Shown here one piece after another: positions 42,194-52,275 of a DNA stretch of 64,000 bases. The DNA lies in the NCBI GenBank assembly GCA_963746285.1, contig CAVVAO010000020.1:9476-73475 (forward strand), given 5' to 3'. The first letter of the stretch is position 1; the number at the start of each line of letters is the position of its first letter. The notes under the pieces are model-generated. The model was not told the DNA's origin. It did not search any database and saw only the letters and a program-made list of their open reading frames with translations. This DNA comes from Ilumatobacteraceae bacterium. GTDB taxonomy: Bacteria; Actinomycetota; Acidimicrobiia; Acidimicrobiales; Ilumatobacteraceae. The translations under genes and the position numbers were made by a program.

Positions 42194-43113
42194 GTGACGA
42201 TCACCCTCACTGTGCGCACCGCGTCGTGGCGGGCTCACGTCGCACGCGTCGCGAACACCGTCGAGGGACTCGTCCCCGTCGTGAAGGGCAACGGCTACGG
42301 GTTCGGACGCGTCGCCCTCGCCGAGATCGCCGCCGAGTTCTGCGACACCGTGGCGGTCGGCACCGTGCACGAACTCGACGGGTTGCCCGACCGATCTCCA
42401 CGCGGTCGTCCTCACGCCGACGCTCGTCTGCGCCGGCATCGACGGACCCGGTGCTGACCGTCGGCCAACGGGCCCACCTCGAGTGCCTCGACGGATGGGA
42501 CGGCAGGGTGCTCGTCAAGCTCGAATCGTCGATGCACCGCTACGGCGGAGGCATCGAACTGGTCGACGTCGCCCGGGAACGAGGCCTGGACGTGATCGGC
42601 GTCAGCATCCACCTTCCCCTGGCCGGATCGCCCGCCGAGCATGCCGACGAGATCCGCACGACGATCGCCGAGGTCGACGCCGACCTCCCGGTCTGGCTCA
42701 GCCACCTCGATCCCGCGACGTACGACTCACTGCCCGCGACGCACACCTATCGCCTCCGCCTCGGTACGTCGCTCTGGCACGGCGACAAGTCCACGTTGCA
42801 GCTGCACGCGGACGTCCTCGACGTCCGAGCGATCCGCGCCGGCGAGCACGCCGGCTACCACCAGGGCCCGGTCGGCGACGACGGCCACCTCGTGATGATC
42901 GGCGCCGGCACGGCCAGCGGGGTCACGGCACTGCCCGACGGCCGCAGTCCGTTCCACTTCGAACGGCGGCGGCTTCGACTCCACGAGGCCCCCCACATGC
43001 ACACCTCGATGGCGTTCGTCCCCGCCGGCGATCCCGTTCCCGACATCGGCGAGCGCGTCGACGTGCAGCGGCCGCTCACGATGACGACCGTCGACACCGT
43101 CGACTGGATCTGA
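42194..43113 (+). pseudogene. Alanine racemase-fold (PLP) family protein, one apparent frameshift near 42395
   Basis: PLP-Lys motif VVKGNGYGFG in ORF 42137.., with the remainder in ORF 42226..43113 (..KLESSMHRYG.., ..LSHLD..). Confidence 0.7.
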
Positions 43114-43128
43114 ACGACGGGTCTCTCG

Positions 43129-44262
43129 GTGGGCCTGAGCGTTCCGACCTCGACGTTCGCCGACACCGCTCCGTCCGCCCGGCTCGCGGGACCCGACGTG
43201 GTCCGCGCCGTCGCCCTGATCGGCGTGGTCGTCATGAACTTCCACGGCTACCTGATCCTGCGCGCCATCGATTCGGGTGAGCGTCGATGCTCGCACCGGA
43301 TGGCTCGACGAGCTCTTCGATCCGTGGGACGGGCCGCTGTCGACACGCTTCGCGGCGACATTCGTCCTCGTCGCCGGCGTCGGCGTGACGCTGCTCACAC
43401 GGCGCGCACTCGGCGATCCCGCACGCGTCAGGGAGATGCGATGGCGCCTGGTCCGGCGCGGCGTGCTGCTGTACGTCGTCGGACTGCTGCTCGAACAGAT
43501 CTGGCCGGGAACGATCATCGTCTACTACGGGGTGATGTTCGTGCTGGCGGCAGGAATCTTCACCTGGCGGTCGCGATGGATCGTCGCGACCGGGGTCATC
43601 ACCGCGGTCGCCTCCACGCCTGCTGCGGTCGTGGAGATTCGACCGTGCCCGCAACGGCGCGTCGACGAGTTGGCTCACGTCGCCCGGCGACGACTCGATC
43701 CGCCGTTACGTCTTCGACGTGTTCGTCAACGGGACGCACCCGTTGCTGCCGTGGTTCTCGTTCCTCTGCGCGGGGATCGTGCTGGGCCGGATCCTGCCGT
43801 TGCGGTGGTGGCGGCGGGCGACCGTCAGCGTCGGGCTCGCATCCGTGTCGGGCGCGTGGATCCTGTCGGCGCTCCTCGCTTCCGGCGCAGGCGACGTCGA
43901 CGGCCTCGCAGGGGTCGATCTTCTCGACGGACCCGCTCGACCGCAGCATCGTCTACGTGGCGAGCGCGTTGGGCACGGCACTGCTCGCGTACGCCGCGAT
44001 CGACTGGCTGGCCGAGCGCTTCCCAGGGCGACCGACCCGTTGCGCCGCGCCGGACAGCTGACGCTGTCGCTGTACCTCGCCCACGTCTTCGTGTTCAACC
44101 TGCTGGTCGACTGGCTCGGATGGATCGAACCGGCCGGCACCTCGCGCGGCGTTGCTCTTCGCCGCAGGTTTCTGGGTGGCAGCGATCGCCCTGGCAGCGT
44201 GGTGGCAGCGCCGATTCGGACGGGGCCCCGCCGAGTACGTCTACCGGGCGTTCGGCGGCTGA
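43129..44262 (+). pseudogene. DUF418/YeiB-like membrane protein, about 5 apparent frameshifts
   Basis: Hydrophobic fragments alternate among all three + frames (..VRAVALIGVVVMNFHGY.. / ..FAATFVLVAGVGVTLL.. / ..NGTHPLLPWFSFLCAGIVLG.. / ..YVASALGTALLAYA.. / ..QLTLSLYLAHVFVFN.. / ..GRGPAEYVYRAFGG*). Confidence 0.65.
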
Positions 44263-45236
44263 CTGCGTGAACTCGACGAACGACGCCGTGCTGCACGCCG
44301 GAGTCCTCGCCATCCCACCGCGCCCGCGCCGACGAGCGGACCCTGTTCGCCCAACCTCGACGGCGTGATCCGTGCCCCTCGACTGTACGGCTGGCGCGCG
44401 TGTTCGTCGAGCGACACCTGAGCAGCGTGGAAGAACGTCGACCCGAAGCCGAGTGCCACGCTTCCGCCGACCACGACGAGCGACAGGTCGAACGCGTTGC
44501 ACATCGACGCCGCAGCACGCCCGACGAGATCGCCGGTGCGCTGCATGATCTGGTACGACGGCTCGGACACCGGACGACCGGTGATGGCGTCGATGGCCTG
44601 GCCGGACGCCTCGGCTTCGAGGCACCCCTGGGTTCCGCACGTGCAGCGACGCCCACCCGGTTCGACGATGAAGTGACCGATCTGGCCGGCGTAGCCCGAT
44701 TCGCCGTCGAGGAGGTCGCCGTCGAGGATGATGCCGCCCGAGACGCCGGCCGACACGGTGATGGCGCAGAAGTTCGGCTGACCGCGAGCAGCGCCGAGCC
44801 AGCCTTCGGCGAGCGCCAGCGCCTTCGCATCGAGGTCGCCGTACACCGCGTGTCCGGACAGCTCGACGAGGCGTGACCGCAGCGGGAAGTCGCGCCAGCC
44901 GGGCACGCTGAGCGGCGACACGAGCTCGAGACCCCGGCTGGCGTGGGCTCCGCTGGTGACACCGAGACCCCGCACGTTCACCGAGTGCCGGGATCCGGCA
45001 CGTTCGAGCATCTCGGTGACGATCGACGCGAGCGCCGTGTACTGCGATTCGGGGCCGACGTCGGCTTCGATGAGTGCCCGGGCCCGATCGATCAGCACCC
45101 CACGCGTGGTGACCAGACCGGTCTGGAAATGCGTGGCGCCGACATCGACCGCCAGCACGACATCGCCGAGCGGCTCACTCGAGGCGGGGCTCGGTGTAGC
45201 GTCGGGGTCGACCGGTTCGGCAGCGACATCGGACAT
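44241..45236 (-). CDS. ROK family sugar kinase/regulator
   Basis: 331 aa with LAVDVGATH.. (ATP site), the ROK signature and the Zn motif ..CTCGTQGCLEAEASG... Confidence 0.85.
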   Translation of the reverse strand: MSDVAAEPVDPDATPSPASSEPLGDVVLAVDVGATHFQTGLVTTRGVLIDRARALIEADVGPESQYTALASIVTEMLERAGSRHSVNVRGLGVTSGAHASRGLELVSPLSVPGWRDFPLRSRLVELSGHAVYGDLDAKALALAEGWLGAARGQPNFCAITVSAGVSGGIILDGDLLDGESGYAGQIGHFIVEPGGRRCTCGTQGCLEAEASGQAIDAITGRPVSEPSYQIMQRTGDLVGRAAASMCNAFDLSLVVVGGSVALGFGSTFFHAAQVSLDEHARQPYSRGARITPSRLGEQGPLVGAGAVGWRGLRRAARRRSSSSRSQPPNAR

Positions 45237-45274
45237 CGGTCAACGAACGGTAGCGCCGCCCGGCAACGAGCGTC

Positions 45275-47044
45275 GTGAGAACGCACTTGACTCCGAAGGG
45301 GCTCGTGCCGATACCTCCATCGCCATGTCTCCGCCCGCAGCGACTTCCGGACGCGTTCCGCGTCGTCCGCTCCGTCGAAGCGCTGGCACGCTCGACGGCC
45401 GCGGTCGTCGCGGTCGCGGTGACTGCCGGGGTCGCCTCGCCGATCGTTCGCGCCGACGACACGGCACCCACATCGAGCACTGCCACCACCACACCCACGA
45501 CCGCTCCGGCACCGCCGCCTCCGCCGCCCGTCCCCCCGGCGCCAGCCACGACCGCCGCCACCGCGACGCCGACCACGAACGCTCCCGCACCCACGACGAC
45601 CGCACCGCCACCGACGTCCACCACGATCGCGCCGGCCGCACAGAACGTCATCGCGTATCCCAGCCAGATCGCCAACATTCTCGCCACCATCCGTTACGTC
45701 GAATCTCGCGGCAACTACACCGTGGTGCCGAACAAGGGTCGGGCGTCGGGTGCCTACCAGTTCATCACCTCGACCTGGGACGGCTACGCCGGCTACCCCG
45801 AGGCCTACCTGGCACCACCGGAGATCCAGGACGAGCGAGCGGCCGCCGACGTCAACCGGTTCCTGGCCCAGTGGAACAACGACGTCTCGATGATCCCGAT
45901 CATGTGGTACTACCCACGCGCCGCTCGGGACCCCACGCTGCTCGACATCGTGCCGGTGCCCTCTGCCGGCAACGTCCTGACGGTCCGCGAGTACCAACAA
46001 CGCTGGCTCGGCGTCTGGGCGTTCCTCTCCGGGCAACCGATCCCACAGACGCTGACGGCCGAAGCACGAGCGGCGCGGATCGGATTCGCACCGGAACTCG
46101 CTCCGCCCAGCGCCGTCGATCCGTCGACGCCGGCGGTCGAACGGACCGCCGAGGTGGCGTTCCCGGTGCTCGGCCCGACTCGACTCGCCGCGCCGGACTG
46201 CGGCGACGCGCAGGACGTCGCCGAGAACGCCGGCAGCACCGGCTCACCAGCCGAGATCGAGGCCGCCGGTTTGTGCGCCGAGGAAGCGCCCGGCATCGTC
46301 TTCGGCGTCAAGATGCAACCGGTGCTCGCGGTCGTCGACGGGGTGATCACCGACGTCCGCAACGTGCCGGGCGACACCATCTCCGTGACGATCACGGACG
46401 CCACGGGGCGCAGCTTCGTGCTCGCCGGGTTCAACGACGACACGCCCGGCACCAACGACGGCGCCGCACCCGACCATCTCCGCTTGAGCGCACTCGCGGT
46501 CGTGGGCCAGAGCGTGCGCGCCGGCCAGGTGCTCGGGTTCATGGGCGACACCGACCCGCTGCCGCTCGGCATCCGGTCCGACGTGCCCACCGACGCGACC
46601 GTCCAGATCCCGATCGACGAGGTCGCGCCGCACATCCGATTGACGATCACCGACCTCGACGGAACGCCGGTCGACGCCTACGGACCCGTGATCGACGCCC
46701 TGTTCCGGCAGGTGTGCTCGGTGGGCATCGGCCCATGGTCGGGCATCCCGAACGGTTCGGGCCTCGACCCGGTCGTCACCGAGACCACCGACGACAACCG
46801 CCAGATCGACTCCGAATGGGAGATCACCTCGACCGGCGAGGTGATCGCATCGGGGTGGGCAGCGATGATCTACCCCAGCGAGAGCTGCGGTTGGGCGCCA
46901 CCCGAGAAGCGCGGGCCCGGCGCGGCGGGCCCGACGACGATTCCGGTCAGCTGGATGACGCCGATCGACCTCCCGACCTCGATCTGGGTCGAACTCGCCG
47001 TGCGCGACGACACCTCGCTTCCGGTGCCGATGATGCGGCCCTGA
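45275..47044 (+). CDS. Secreted cell-wall hydrolase-like protein (transglycosylase-like and LytM/M23-like regions, Pro/Thr/Ala linker)
   Basis: Signal-like N-terminus and a P/T/A-rich tract (45.47-45.64 kb). It also has ..IRYVESRGNYTVV..ASGAYQFITSTW.. and a beta-rich C-terminal region (..VLAVVDGVITDV..GQVLGFMGDT..). The true start may be internal. Confidence 0.65.
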   Translation: MRTHLTPKGLVPIPPSPCLRPQRLPDAFRVVRSVEALARSTAAVVAVAVTAGVASPIVRADDTAPTSSTATTTPTTAPAPPPPPPVPPAPATTAATATPTTNAPAPTTTAPPPTSTTIAPAAQNVIAYPSQIANILATIRYVESRGNYTVVPNKGRASGAYQFITSTWDGYAGYPEAYLAPPEIQDERAAADVNRFLAQWNNDVSMIPIMWYYPRAARDPTLLDIVPVPSAGNVLTVREYQQRWLGVWAFLSGQPIPQTLTAEARAARIGFAPELAPPSAVDPSTPAVERTAEVAFPVLGPTRLAAPDCGDAQDVAENAGSTGSPAEIEAAGLCAEEAPGIVFGVKMQPVLAVVDGVITDVRNVPGDTISVTITDATGRSFVLAGFNDDTPGTNDGAAPDHLRLSALAVVGQSVRAGQVLGFMGDTDPLPLGIRSDVPTDATVQIPIDEVAPHIRLTITDLDGTPVDAYGPVIDALFRQVCSVGIGPWSGIPNGSGLDPVVTETTDDNRQIDSEWEITSTGEVIASGWAAMIYPSESCGWAPPEKRGPGAAGPTTIPVSWMTPIDLPTSIWVELAVRDDTSLPVPMMRP

Positions 47045-47076
47045 GCGATGGCTGCCGCTGCGTCGAGGCCCGCTGG

Positions 47077-48049
47077 TCAGCCGACGCGGCGGGCGTCCTC
47101 GATCAGGTTGATCTCGTACAGGACCTCGTCGAGCGCGTGTTCGGCGCTGATCGCCGAGAACCGCTGCGGGTTCTCCGGGGTGCAACATGACGGCACCGGC
47201 GACAGGATCGTCCACGGCCGGGGGTGGCAGAACTGCACCACGCTGTACCGCTCGCCTTCGTAGCCCGGCGCGGCCACGACTCGGTGCCACCCGATGGGGA
47301 TGACACCGTTGGTGAGCCGCTCCAGCATGATCCCGGTGTTGACGATCACCGCATCGTCCGGTGGCGTCGCATCGACCCACTCGTCGCCGACTCGCACCTG
47401 CAGGCCCGGGCGCCGTCGCCCGCGGGAGCGCCGTGATCAGGTTGATGTCGCCGTGTTGGCCTGCCCATTCGTGGCCCTCGGCCGCGAGCTCGGACATCGC
47501 GGGATAGCGGATCGCCCTCGTCAGCGTCGGGCCGTCGGCGACCATGTCGTCGAAGAACGTCTCGTGGCACCCGATGCCTTCGGCGATCACCCGCAGGAAC
47601 CGGCGCTGCAGGTCGGCGATCGACTCGTGGAAGCGGTACAGCACGTCGGTGATGCCCGGCACCGCCGACTCGGGCAGCAGCTGGTCGGGGTACGCCGTCG
47701 GGAACTTGGTCTTCAGGGGATGTCCGGCGGCGATCGGGGCCGACCAGTTGAGCATCTCCTTCCAGTCGGGCTTGTCGCTCGACGCGGCCGTCTCGACCAG
47801 CAGGCCGGTGTACCCGGTCTGGCCGTGAGCTCCCGGCGCGATGAACTGCTGCTTGGTCGCTTCGTCGAGCTCGAAGAACTCGCGGAGCATTCCGTAGGTG
47901 GTGTCGAGGAGGTCGTCGGAGAGATCGTGACTCGTGTACACGAAGCCGGTCGCGAGGCTCCGGCGGACACCGTCGACGACGGCCCGACGGCTGGCACCGG
48001 TACTGGACTCGAACGCGAGCAGGTCGACATCGAGGATCTGATCGGTCAT
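47077..48049 (-). pseudogene. 2OG-Fe(II) oxygenase (isopenicillin-N-synthase-like) family, one apparent frameshift near 47410
   Basis: The N-terminal DIOX_N-like part and ..GQHGDINLITAL.. lie in ORF 46244..48130 from the ATG at 48049. The C-terminal part (..GLQVRVGDEWVDA...IVNTGIMLERLTNGVIP...HRVV..) lies in ORF 47077..47397. Confidence 0.8.
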
Positions 48050-48079
48050 CCTCGCAACGCTACCCCCACCCCCAACCCC

Positions 48080-48243
48080 CACGTTTGCGTTGCAGAACGG
48101 ATGGGACGGGTCATCCGAAACCGCACACAAACGTGTTCTGGCCCGGTGGGCGACGAGCCCACCACGTTTGCGTTGCAGAATGGATGGGACGGGTCATCCG
48201 AAACCGCACACAAACGTGTTCTGGGCCGGTGGGCGACGGGCTC
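48080..48243 (+). repeat. Repeat family 5: two tandem ~83-nt structured units
   Basis: Units 48080-48162 and 48163-48243 differ at only a handful of positions by eye. Each has an outer stem cacgtttg/caaacgtg, an inner hairpin cggatg-ggacgggt-catccg and a ggcccgg tail. They are preceded by the C-rich tract 48064-48080. Confidence 0.85.
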
Positions 48244-49237
48244 AGACGGGGGCGCCGTCGGGGGCGAAGAGTGCCGTCCAGCCGCCGGTGTGGATGAAGA
48301 CGACGTCGGAACCGAAGCGATGTTCCGCAGCGAGGCCGAGCAAGCCCGAGCATCCCTTGCCCGAGTAGGTCCGGTCGAGCAGCCAGCCGCCGTGTCGGGC
48401 CGCCCACCGGATGGCATCATCGCCGGCCGCGGTCGGCACGGCGTAGTCATCGCCGATCCACCGGGTGTCGACCTCGACGTCCTCCTCGGCCACGATGGCG
48501 GTCGATTGCATCAGGGTGAGTGTCTGGTTGGCCATTCCGGCAATGTCGGGCCGTCCGACGTTCACGCCCTTGGCGACACCGATCGCGACGACGGCGGGAA
48601 CGTCCCGGCCGGCATGTGCGGCGGCGGCACGACCCGCGAGCAACCCGGCGTGCGTGCCGCCGCTCGACGACGTGAACACCACATGGCTCGGCGACACGCC
48701 GGCTGCGTCGCACTGGTCGAGCAGCTCGATGAACGCCGCTGCATAACCGAGTGCACCGACGGCCGTGCTGCCGCCGATCGGGATCGAATAGGGCGACAGG
48801 CCCTCCGCAACGAGTTGCTCCGTGACCGCCTCGCGGGCGATCTCGAGCTCACCCCAGTGGCTCTCCTCGGCGCCGGTGAAGTGCAGTTGCGCGCCGAACA
48901 GCATCGACAGGAGCTGATTGCCCGTCGCCACGGCGGGCCGGTCGCCGGACAGCACCAGGTGCGTCTCGAGCCCGAGTCGAGCCCCGGCCGCCGCGGTCAT
49001 CCGGCAGTGGTTCGACTGGGCCGCACCGACCGTGACGAGCGCCCGCGCGCCCGTCGCCAGCGCCTCACCGCACAGGAACTCGAGCTTGCGCGCCTTGTTG
49101 CCGCCGCCGCCGAGGCCCGTCAGGTCGTCGCGCTTCACCCAGAGCCGGCTCGCTCCTGCGAGTGTCGGGCCGACCTCGAGCGGCGTCGGCAGCGTGGCGA
49201 GCGTGGCTCGTTCGAGATGATCGAACACTGCGCCCAT
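48242..49237 (-). CDS. PLP-dependent ACC deaminase/D-cysteine desulfhydrase family protein
   Basis: 331 aa with ..LWVKRDDLTGLGGGGNKARKLEFL.. (PLP-Lys) and ..GAAQSNHCR... Confidence 0.9.
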   Translation of the reverse strand: MGAVFDHLERATLATLPTPLEVGPTLAGASRLWVKRDDLTGLGGGGNKARKLEFLCGEALATGARALVTVGAAQSNHCRMTAAAGARLGLETHLVLSGDRPAVATGNQLLSMLFGAQLHFTGAEESHWGELEIAREAVTEQLVAEGLSPYSIPIGGSTAVGALGYAAAFIELLDQCDAAGVSPSHVVFTSSSGGTHAGLLAGRAAAAHAGRDVPAVVAIGVAKGVNVGRPDIAGMANQTLTLMQSTAIVAEEDVEVDTRWIGDDYAVPTAAGDDAIRWAARHGGWLLDRTYSGKGCSGLLGLAAEHRFGSDVVFIHTGGWTALFAPDGAPV

Positions 49238-49245
49238 GCTAGGCA

Positions 49246-49935
49246 GTGGGGCCGATGCCCACCGACTGGAACCCGCTGCTGCGCGATCAGTTCGAGCTGC
49301 CCTACTGGGTCGAACTCCAGCAGTTCGTCGCGCGCGAGCGCCGGGAGCATCCGGTGTACCCGCCGGCCGACGAGGTGTTCACGGCGCTCCACCTCACGCC
49401 GTACGCGGACGTGAAGGTGATGATCCTGGGTCAGGATCCGTACCACGGCCCGGGACAGGCTCACGGGCTGTGTTTCTCGGTGCGACGAGGCGTGCGCGTT
49501 CCTCCGTCGTTGGTGAACATCCACAAGGAACTGCACGCCGACGTCGGCGTGGCGATCCCCGACCACGGCAACCTCGAGCCGTGGGCGAGACGCGGCGTGC
49601 TGCTGTTGAACACCACGCTCACCGTTCGGGGAGGTGCCGCCGGCTCACACCAGAACCACGGGTGGGAGACCTTCACGGACCAGGTGATCCGAGTCGTCGA
49701 CGCCAAGGCCGACCCGGTGGTGTTCGTCCTCTGGGGTGCCTCGGCACGTCGCAAGCGGGCGCTGATCGACACAACCCGACACACCGTGATCGAATCCGCT
49801 CACCCGTCACCGTTGTCGGCCCACAACGGATTCTTCGGGAGCAGACCGTTCAGCCGGACGAATGCCGCACTGATCGCCGCCGGACGAGGGCCGATCGATT
49901 GGGATCTGAGTGGCCGGGTAGTCACCGACGAATGA
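49246..49935 (+). CDS. ung: Uracil-DNA glycosylase (family 1)
   Basis: Motifs ..VKVMILGQDPYHGPGQAHGLCFSV.. and ..HPSPLSA... Confidence 0.9.
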   Translation: MGPMPTDWNPLLRDQFELPYWVELQQFVARERREHPVYPPADEVFTALHLTPYADVKVMILGQDPYHGPGQAHGLCFSVRRGVRVPPSLVNIHKELHADVGVAIPDHGNLEPWARRGVLLLNTTLTVRGGAAGSHQNHGWETFTDQVIRVVDAKADPVVFVLWGASARRKRALIDTTRHTVIESAHPSPLSAHNGFFGSRPFSRTNAALIAAGRGPIDWDLSGRVVTDE

Positions 49936-49948
49936 GGAGCAGAGGCTG

Positions 49949-50845
49949 ATGCCGTGGACGACGAGTGATCGGGTGGTGCAACTCCGCCAGCGACACGTGG
50001 CCATCGACGTGTTCGTCGACACGCTGGACGGTTGGCGACGGCACATCTCGGGACGCAACGCGTCGGTGATCGCCTTCTTCGGATTCCTGTCGATCTTCCC
50101 GCTCCTGCTCGCCGCCACGACGATCCTCGGCTTCGTGTTGGAGGGCAACGAGGACCTCCAGCAGCGCATCATCGACGGCGCGCTCGCCGACATCCCGGTG
50201 CTCGGCCGCGAACTCGAAGCCGACCCCACGTCGCTGACCGGCAGCTGGCTCGCGCTGATCGTCGGGCTCGGCGGCGCGCTCTGGTCGTCGACGAAGGCAT
50301 TCGTGGCACTGCAGATGGCCCAGGACGACGTGTGGGAGGTGCACGTCGACCATCGGGCCGCCATGCCTGCGCAGCGCGGGAAGGCGCTGCTCGGCATCCT
50401 CTTCATCGGCGGACAGCAGATCGGAACGCTGGTACTCGCGACGCTGGTCAGCGCCGCTGACCTCCCACTCGGCGGCCGTCTGCTCCTCATCGTCGCAACC
50501 GTCGCCATCAACGTCGCCGTGCTTGCCGCGATGTTCCGGTTCCTCACCTCGGCCGCGCCGACGTGGAGCGACGTGTGGCCGGGCGCGGTCATCGCCGGCC
50601 TGGTGTACACCGTCCTGCAGCACTTCGGACCGCGGATCGTGAACATGATCACCGACAACGCCAGCAACACCTACGGACCGTTCGCCGTCGTGCTCGGGCT
50701 CGTCACGTGGCTCGGCCTGCTGTCGATCTCGGCGCTGATGAGCACCGAGTTGAACGCGGCGCTCGTCCGACGTGGTGAAGGCTCGCTCGATCGGCTGCAA
50801 CCCGCCGATGAGCCCGCCGAGCGACCCGCACCCGCCACCGCCTGA
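49949..50845 (+). CDS. YihY/BrkB family membrane protein
   Basis: 298 aa with ..ASVIAFFGFLSIFPLLL.. and multiple TM segments. Confidence 0.8.
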   Translation: MPWTTSDRVVQLRQRHVAIDVFVDTLDGWRRHISGRNASVIAFFGFLSIFPLLLAATTILGFVLEGNEDLQQRIIDGALADIPVLGRELEADPTSLTGSWLALIVGLGGALWSSTKAFVALQMAQDDVWEVHVDHRAAMPAQRGKALLGILFIGGQQIGTLVLATLVSAADLPLGGRLLLIVATVAINVAVLAAMFRFLTSAAPTWSDVWPGAVIAGLVYTVLQHFGPRIVNMITDNASNTYGPFAVVLGLVTWLGLLSISALMSTELNAALVRRGEGSLDRLQPADEPAERPAPATA

Positions 50846-50876
50846 GTCCGCGCCCGGATCGCCTCCGATGAGCGGC

Positions 50877-50923
50877 CAGCGATGAGCGAAAAGCCGCTAT
50901 CCGGGCGGTTCGCTCATCGCTGG
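50877..50923 (-). repeat. Repeat family 4, inverted diverged copy (ccagcgatgagcgaa-n17-ttcgctcatcgctgg)
   Basis: 15-bp perfect arms. The loop is alignable with the reverse complement of the 35.2-kb units. It lies between convergent stops at 50845 and 50939. Confidence 0.75.
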
Positions 50924-50938
50924 CGGGTGGGCGGGTCG

Positions 50939-52183
50939 TCACTCGGACAGGTGGGTGACGATGGAACTCGCGGACTCGAGCGTGCGGTGCACCGGGCACT
51001 TGTCGGCGATCTCGAGCAGTCTTGCCCGGTTGGCCTCGGTGAGGTCGTCGCCGGCCAGCGTGACGACACGCTCGAACCGGTCGATCATGCCCGACCGACC
51101 GGCCAGCAGTTCGTTGTCGGCGCACTCGACACAGTCGTTCGCGTGCACCTTGCCGTGGCTCACCGCGACGGTGACCCGGTCGAGCGGCAGGCCCTTGCGA
51201 TCTGCATACATCCGCAGCGTCATCGAGGTGCAAGCACCCAGCGCCGCTCCGAGCAGGTCGTACGGCGACGGACCGGCGTCGAAGCCTCCGACGGATTCGG
51301 GTTCGTCGGCGAGCAGCCGATGGCGGCCGACGACGACGTGATTCAAGAACGGTCCCTGGGTGGTTTCGGCCACGACGACGGCGGCCGATGCGCGCGGCGC
51401 GTCGAGTGCCCCGCTCTCGTCGACGATGTAGCGCGCAGCGAACGCACCGATCATGTCGGCGGCAAAGCGTGCGTCGCCGCGATCGGTCAGCAGATGGTCG
51501 GCGCCGTCGAGCGACACGAAGCTCTTGGGGTGGCGCGCCGCCTGGAAGATCTCGGCAGCGTGATCGACCGAGACGGTGTTGTCGACCGGCGAGTGCAGAA
51601 CGAGCAACGCCCGCTTCATCGTGCGCACCCGATCGGTGACCACGTGCGCCCGGAGGTCGTCGACGAACTGCTGGCGAATGGTGAAGTGCCGTCCGGCCAG
51701 CTCGACCTCGGCAACACCTGTGGCGGCGATCTCCTCGAGTGACGACCGGAAGACGTCGGTGACGTGGTCGGGACTGGCGGGGGCGCCGATGGTGGCAACG
51801 GCGCGCACCTCGGCGATGTCCGTCGCCACCGCGAGTACCGCCGACCCGCCCAACGAGTGCCCGACCAGCAGCTGCGGCGCCCGGTGTTCGGCGCGCAACC
51901 AGTCGGCAGCCGCCACCAGGTCGTCGGTGTTCGAGGTGAAGTTGGTGCTCTCGAACTCGCCGTCGCTCATGCCGAGCCCGGTGAAATCGAAGCGCAGCAC
52001 GCCGAACCCGAGATCGGTGAGCGCATTCGCGATCCGCGACGCCGCTGCGATGTCCTTGCCGCAGGTGAAGCAGTGAGCAAACAGCGCGTAGGCGCGGGGC
52101 GGGCCGGCCGGGAGGTCGAGACGGGCAGCCAACTCGGCACCGCGACCCCCCGGGAAGCTGACTCGTTCGATGCGTGCGGCCAT
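50939..52183 (-). CDS. Bifunctional alpha/beta-hydrolase / OsmC-family protein
   Basis: The N-terminus has a nucleophile elbow (GHSLGG). The C-terminus is OsmC-like (..GPSPYDLLGAALGACTSMTL..). Confidence 0.85.
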   Translation of the reverse strand: MAARIERVSFPGGRGAELAARLDLPAGPPRAYALFAHCFTCGKDIAAASRIANALTDLGFGVLRFDFTGLGMSDGEFESTNFTSNTDDLVAAADWLRAEHRAPQLLVGHSLGGSAVLAVATDIAEVRAVATIGAPASPDHVTDVFRSSLEEIAATGVAEVELAGRHFTIRQQFVDDLRAHVVTDRVRTMKRALLVLHSPVDNTVSVDHAAEIFQAARHPKSFVSLDGADHLLTDRGDARFAADMIGAFAARYIVDESGALDAPRASAAVVVAETTQGPFLNHVVVGRHRLLADEPESVGGFDAGPSPYDLLGAALGACTSMTLRMYADRKGLPLDRVTVAVSHGKVHANDCVECADNELLAGRSGMIDRFERVVTLAGDDLTEANRARLLEIADKCPVHRTLESASSIVTHLSE

Positions 52184-52275
52184 CCGCCGACGGTACCCCG
52201 ACTACGCTCACCCCGAATGTACGTCGTCGTCCCTGTCGTCCACCGTCGGCGGGCGGACCAGGTGAGCACGATCAC

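Noticed and set aside
35229-42200. A hidden MftA precursor peptide (C-terminal ..GVY) or an MftB/MftC gene near mftE-F.
   Set aside because: I found no radical-SAM CxxxCxxC protein and no short ORF ending in ..GVY in the intergenic gaps of the operon. A manual scan cannot exclude a tiny ORF elsewhere, so this is reported as an absence to be verified, not as proof.
45237-45370. c-di-AMP (ydaO-type) riboswitch upstream of the cell-wall hydrolase-like gene, as is common in actinobacteria.
   Set aside because: I could not find the conserved ydaO sequence blocks or its pseudo-symmetric architecture in this stretch. The ORF may simply start at 45275.
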